From an uncultured Candidatus Saccharibacteria bacterium (GTDB taxonomy: Bacteria; Patescibacteriota; UBA1384; XYA2-FULL-43-10), in the NCBI GenBank assembly GCA_964389035.1, contig CAYMCH010000001.1, forward strand, positions 1-52,035: 52,035 bases of DNA, read 5' to 3'. The notes beneath the pieces were generated by a model, which was not told the origin of the DNA, did no database searches, and saw nothing but the letters and a program-made list of their open reading frames with translations. The translations under genes and the position numbers were made by a program. Each line of letters begins with the position of its first letter. Positions within the stretch are counted from its first letter, which is position 1. This document shows, one piece after another, positions 49,657-52,035 of the stretch.

Positions 49657-50088
49657 CTAAAAACCTAATTGGTCCAAATTTTCTGCGACTTCCTCAGAAT
49701 TTTCTTCCATATTTTTCTTAAATTCTTTCCACTTATCTTCCGGCCAAATTTCTATTCTGTCGTAAACACCATTTACATTAATTTTCCCTTTTATCGAAGC
49801 GTATTCCAATAAATATTTAGGCAATACTATGCGTCCACTTTTATCCAATTCAATCTCAGAAGCACCTGCAAGCATTAATCTTGAAAAGCTTCTAGCATTT
49901 TTTTGAGTAATAGGAAGGGCTGAAATTTTTTCTGCTAATATTTCAAAATTTTTTCTGGGATATATCCACAAGCAATGATCTAGCCCTCTAGTAACTACAC
50001 AACCATCTGCCAATCTAGCTCTAAATTTTGCTGGGACCGACAATCTGTTTTTTTCATCGATAGTATGTGAATATTCTCCGATAAACAT
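49657..50088 (-). CDS. mraZ: Transcriptional regulator MraZ
   Basis: MFIGEYSHTIDEKNRLSVPAKFR and a second SpoVT/AbrB-like repeat (DKSGRIVLPKYL). Confidence 0.92.
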   Translation of the reverse strand: MFIGEYSHTIDEKNRLSVPAKFRARLADGCVVTRGLDHCLWIYPRKNFEILAEKISALPITQKNARSFSRLMLAGASEIELDKSGRIVLPKYLLEYASIKGKINVNGVYDRIEIWPEDKWKEFKKNMEENSEEVAENLDQLGF

Positions 50089-50245
50089 AATAGTCCACAG
50101 GTATTAAAAATTCTTACGATTTATGAACTCTTCGCTTTTCAATATACTTTTTTATTTTATTGCGCCGCGCACGCGATATAGTATCACGGATTTTTGTTTT
50201 TTGTAGATATATTTTGTGAGAAATAAGATTACATATTTTTTGTAT

Positions 50246-50270
50246 CCCACTTTATCCCACAATATGCCAC
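50246..50270 (-). promoter_or_regulatory. Candidate MraZ operator: three GTGG(G/C) boxes at 10-nt phasing
   Basis: The minus strand reads GTGGCatattGTGGGataaaGTGGG, 160-180 nt upstream of the mraZ start. It mirrors the triple GTGGG repeat bound by MraZ in E. coli and other bacteria. Confidence 0.55.
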
Positions 50271-50390
50271 TAGTTACCATTTTATGCTTTGAAAAAGTTT
50301 TGGTCAAAGGTTTTAGACCCACATTTTGTGGATAAAGCTGTGGATATATACCAGCAAAGATATTTACTTGTTATAGTATTGATAAATTAT

Positions 50391-50418
50391 AAAAAAAAGA
50401 CCCGTACTTATACGGGTC
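50391..50418 (-). terminator. Intrinsic terminator of glyQS
   Basis: On the minus strand: GACCCGTA-taag-TACGGGTC followed by T8, 22 nt after the stop codon. Confidence 0.8.
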
Positions 50419-50439
50419 TAAAAAATATCAAAAAATATT

Positions 50440-51816
50440 TTATTTCAATTTATGATAAAAATATTGATGTAATTCCGTAGAATCTATTCTCTCTTGCTTC
50501 AAACTGTCACGATCTCTTATCGTTACAGTATTGTCTTCTAATGTTTCAAAATCAACCGTCACGCACCAAGGAGTACCTATTTCATCCTGACGACGATAAC
50601 GTTTGCCAATGTTACCGTTATCATCAAATTCACAAACGAAATCATTTTTTAGGTTTTCGTATATACTACGAGCTTTTTCGACTAATTTTGGTTTATTTTT
50701 TAATAGAGGAAATATAGCAACTTTTACTGGCGCTATTTTAATCGGAAATTTCATCAATATTCTTTCGCCATCTTCTAACTTCTCTTCGGTATATGCCGAA
50801 ATCAAAGCTATCAGTATACAACGATCTAATCCAAATGTCGGCTCTAACACATGGGGTATATACCTTGTATTGTTTGGTTCATCAAAGTACTCTAACTTTT
50901 CTCCGGATTTTTCAGAATGAACTTTCAAATCAAAATCACTCCTATGAGCCAATCCAAATAGTTCCTTAAAACCAAAAGGAAACTTGTACTCAATATCAAT
51001 AGTCTTTTTGGAATAATGGGATAATTTTTCTTTAGGATGCTCATATCTGCGTAAATCTTCGGTTTTTGCACCCAATTCATTGGCAAATTCTTCCTGCAGC
51101 CTAAGCCATTCATTAAACAATTTTTGCCAATCGGCATCAGGTGAAATAAAATACTCAATCTCCATCTGCTCAAATTCCCGCAAGCGAAAGATAAAGTTGC
51201 CAGCGACAATTTCGTTGCGAAAAGCTTTACCAATCTGAGCTATACCAAAAGGAATTTTTTGTCGAGTAGAATCAAGCACATTTTTAAATTCTATAAAAAT
51301 CGCACCGGCAGTTTCTGGACGAAGGTAAGCAATTGATCTACCGTTGCTTCCAGTGGTATTCATATCTGTTTTGAACATCATATTAAAATTGCGGACTTCG
51401 CTCCAATTTTTCTTTTTGCAATTCGGACAATTGATCTTTTCATCTAAAATAGCTTTCATCTCATCTAACTTCCCCTCGAGATCCTGCCCTGTCGCCTCTT
51501 CGACCAAATTATCTGCTCTGTATCTGCTTTTACATTCCTTACAGTCTACCATAGCATCATTAAAACTATTGGTATGGCCGCTTGCTTCCCATAACTTTGG
51601 ATGCAAAATAATCGGACCATCTATACCTACAATATCAGGCCTATTTTGCACATACTTTTTCCACCAGAGATCTTTGATATTTTTTTTCAGCTCCACTCCA
51701 TATGGACCGTAATTGTATGAATTGGCAAACCCGCCATAAATTTCACTGGCACTATTTACAAACCCCCTGCGCTTGCAAAGCGATACGATTTTTTCCATTT
51801 TATTGACTTCTGTCAT
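50440..51816 (-). CDS. glyQS: Glycine--tRNA ligase (homodimeric class II type)
   Basis: N-terminus KIVSLCKRRGFVNSASEIYGG...YGPYGVELKKNI and class II motifs (FRNE, GLDR). RBS AAGGTGG. Confidence 0.93.
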   Translation of the reverse strand: MTEVNKMEKIVSLCKRRGFVNSASEIYGGFANSYNYGPYGVELKKNIKDLWWKKYVQNRPDIVGIDGPIILHPKLWEASGHTNSFNDAMVDCKECKSRYRADNLVEEATGQDLEGKLDEMKAILDEKINCPNCKKKNWSEVRNFNMMFKTDMNTTGSNGRSIAYLRPETAGAIFIEFKNVLDSTRQKIPFGIAQIGKAFRNEIVAGNFIFRLREFEQMEIEYFISPDADWQKLFNEWLRLQEEFANELGAKTEDLRRYEHPKEKLSHYSKKTIDIEYKFPFGFKELFGLAHRSDFDLKVHSEKSGEKLEYFDEPNNTRYIPHVLEPTFGLDRCILIALISAYTEEKLEDGERILMKFPIKIAPVKVAIFPLLKNKPKLVEKARSIYENLKNDFVCEFDDNGNIGKRYRRQDEIGTPWCVTVDFETLEDNTVTIRDRDSLKQERIDSTELHQYFYHKLK

Positions 51817-52011
51817 ATTATTTTTTCCACCTTAAGAACTTTACTTGTCCAGCGAAGCTATTGCGTAGTTGGATGAACTTTACCTTACAAACTATCTCAT
51901 TGCTTTGATAATATCACTTCTCCCCTCCTCCGTAAACCTTGACATTTTAATATTATGTAATATCGTATAGTTGCGCTCAAGCTGAGCGACATACTCCAAG
52001 GAGGCGGACAG

Positions 52012-52035
52012 ATGACATCAGGAAAACTGCTGTTG
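52012..52035 (+). CDS. First 8 codons of an unidentified plus-strand gene running off the right edge
   Basis: AAGGAGG lies 7 nt before ATG (MTSGKLLL...). A TTGACA lies at 51939-51944 upstream. The fragment is too short to identify. Confidence 0.3.

Noticed and set aside
50152-50280. 42-aa minus-strand ORF (MVTSGILWDKVGYKKY...) upstream of mraZ
   Set aside because: No RBS. It is composed largely of the GTGGG operator repeats and the A/T-rich promoter region. A regulatory DNA reading is more parsimonious.
51817-51960. T-box or other riboswitch leader upstream of glyQS (and of tyrS/argS)
   Set aside because: I looked for the conserved T-box sequence (AATTAGGGTGGTACCGCG-like) and a specifier/antiterminator arrangement on the minus strand and did not find them. 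I cannot exclude a divergent leader without a covariance-model search.

Overview
Low-GC bacterial chromosome segment, roughly 30% G+C from hand counts of a few lines. The standard genetic code gives long clean ORFs. Gene content and tight packing resemble a small-genome, Gram-positive-like or CPR/Patescibacteria-type organism; that assignment is inference. Layout: (1) 1-16.2 kb is one long minus-strand block. It holds a MacB/FtsX-type ABC transporter, a 1363-aa surface protein, and a type IV pilus operon (PilN-like, PilO-like, pilB, pilT, pilC, two pilins, 5' end of pilD). (2) 16.3-20.8 kb holds tRNA-Thr/Tyr/Thr, rpmG and tRNA-Trp, then a TPR protein, a PSP1 protein, holB, a zinc-ribbon protein, rpmB and an M50 protease. 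(3) 20.8-21.6 kb is ORF-free, contains a palindromic structured element, and ends at tRNA-Pro(GGG). (4) 21.66-25.11 kb is a visibly GC-richer island bounded by imperfect inverted repeats. It carries the parts of a diversity-generating retroelement (DGR): a template/variable repeat pair with adenine-specific mismatches, an Avd-like four-helix-bundle gene, only the N-terminal ~94 codons of a DGR-type reverse transcriptase, a (CT)n tract, and a target gene split at an A8 run. This is the most interesting locus in the window. (5) 25.2-29.5 kb holds hypothetical and membrane proteins. (6) 29.5-51.8 kb holds argS, tyrS, a class A PBP, radA, recJ, a dcw cluster (ftsQ-murB-murC-murG-ftsW-murD-mraY-murF-ftsI-ftsL-like ... 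mraZ) and glyQS. No rRNA, CRISPR array, transposase or integrase was recognised.
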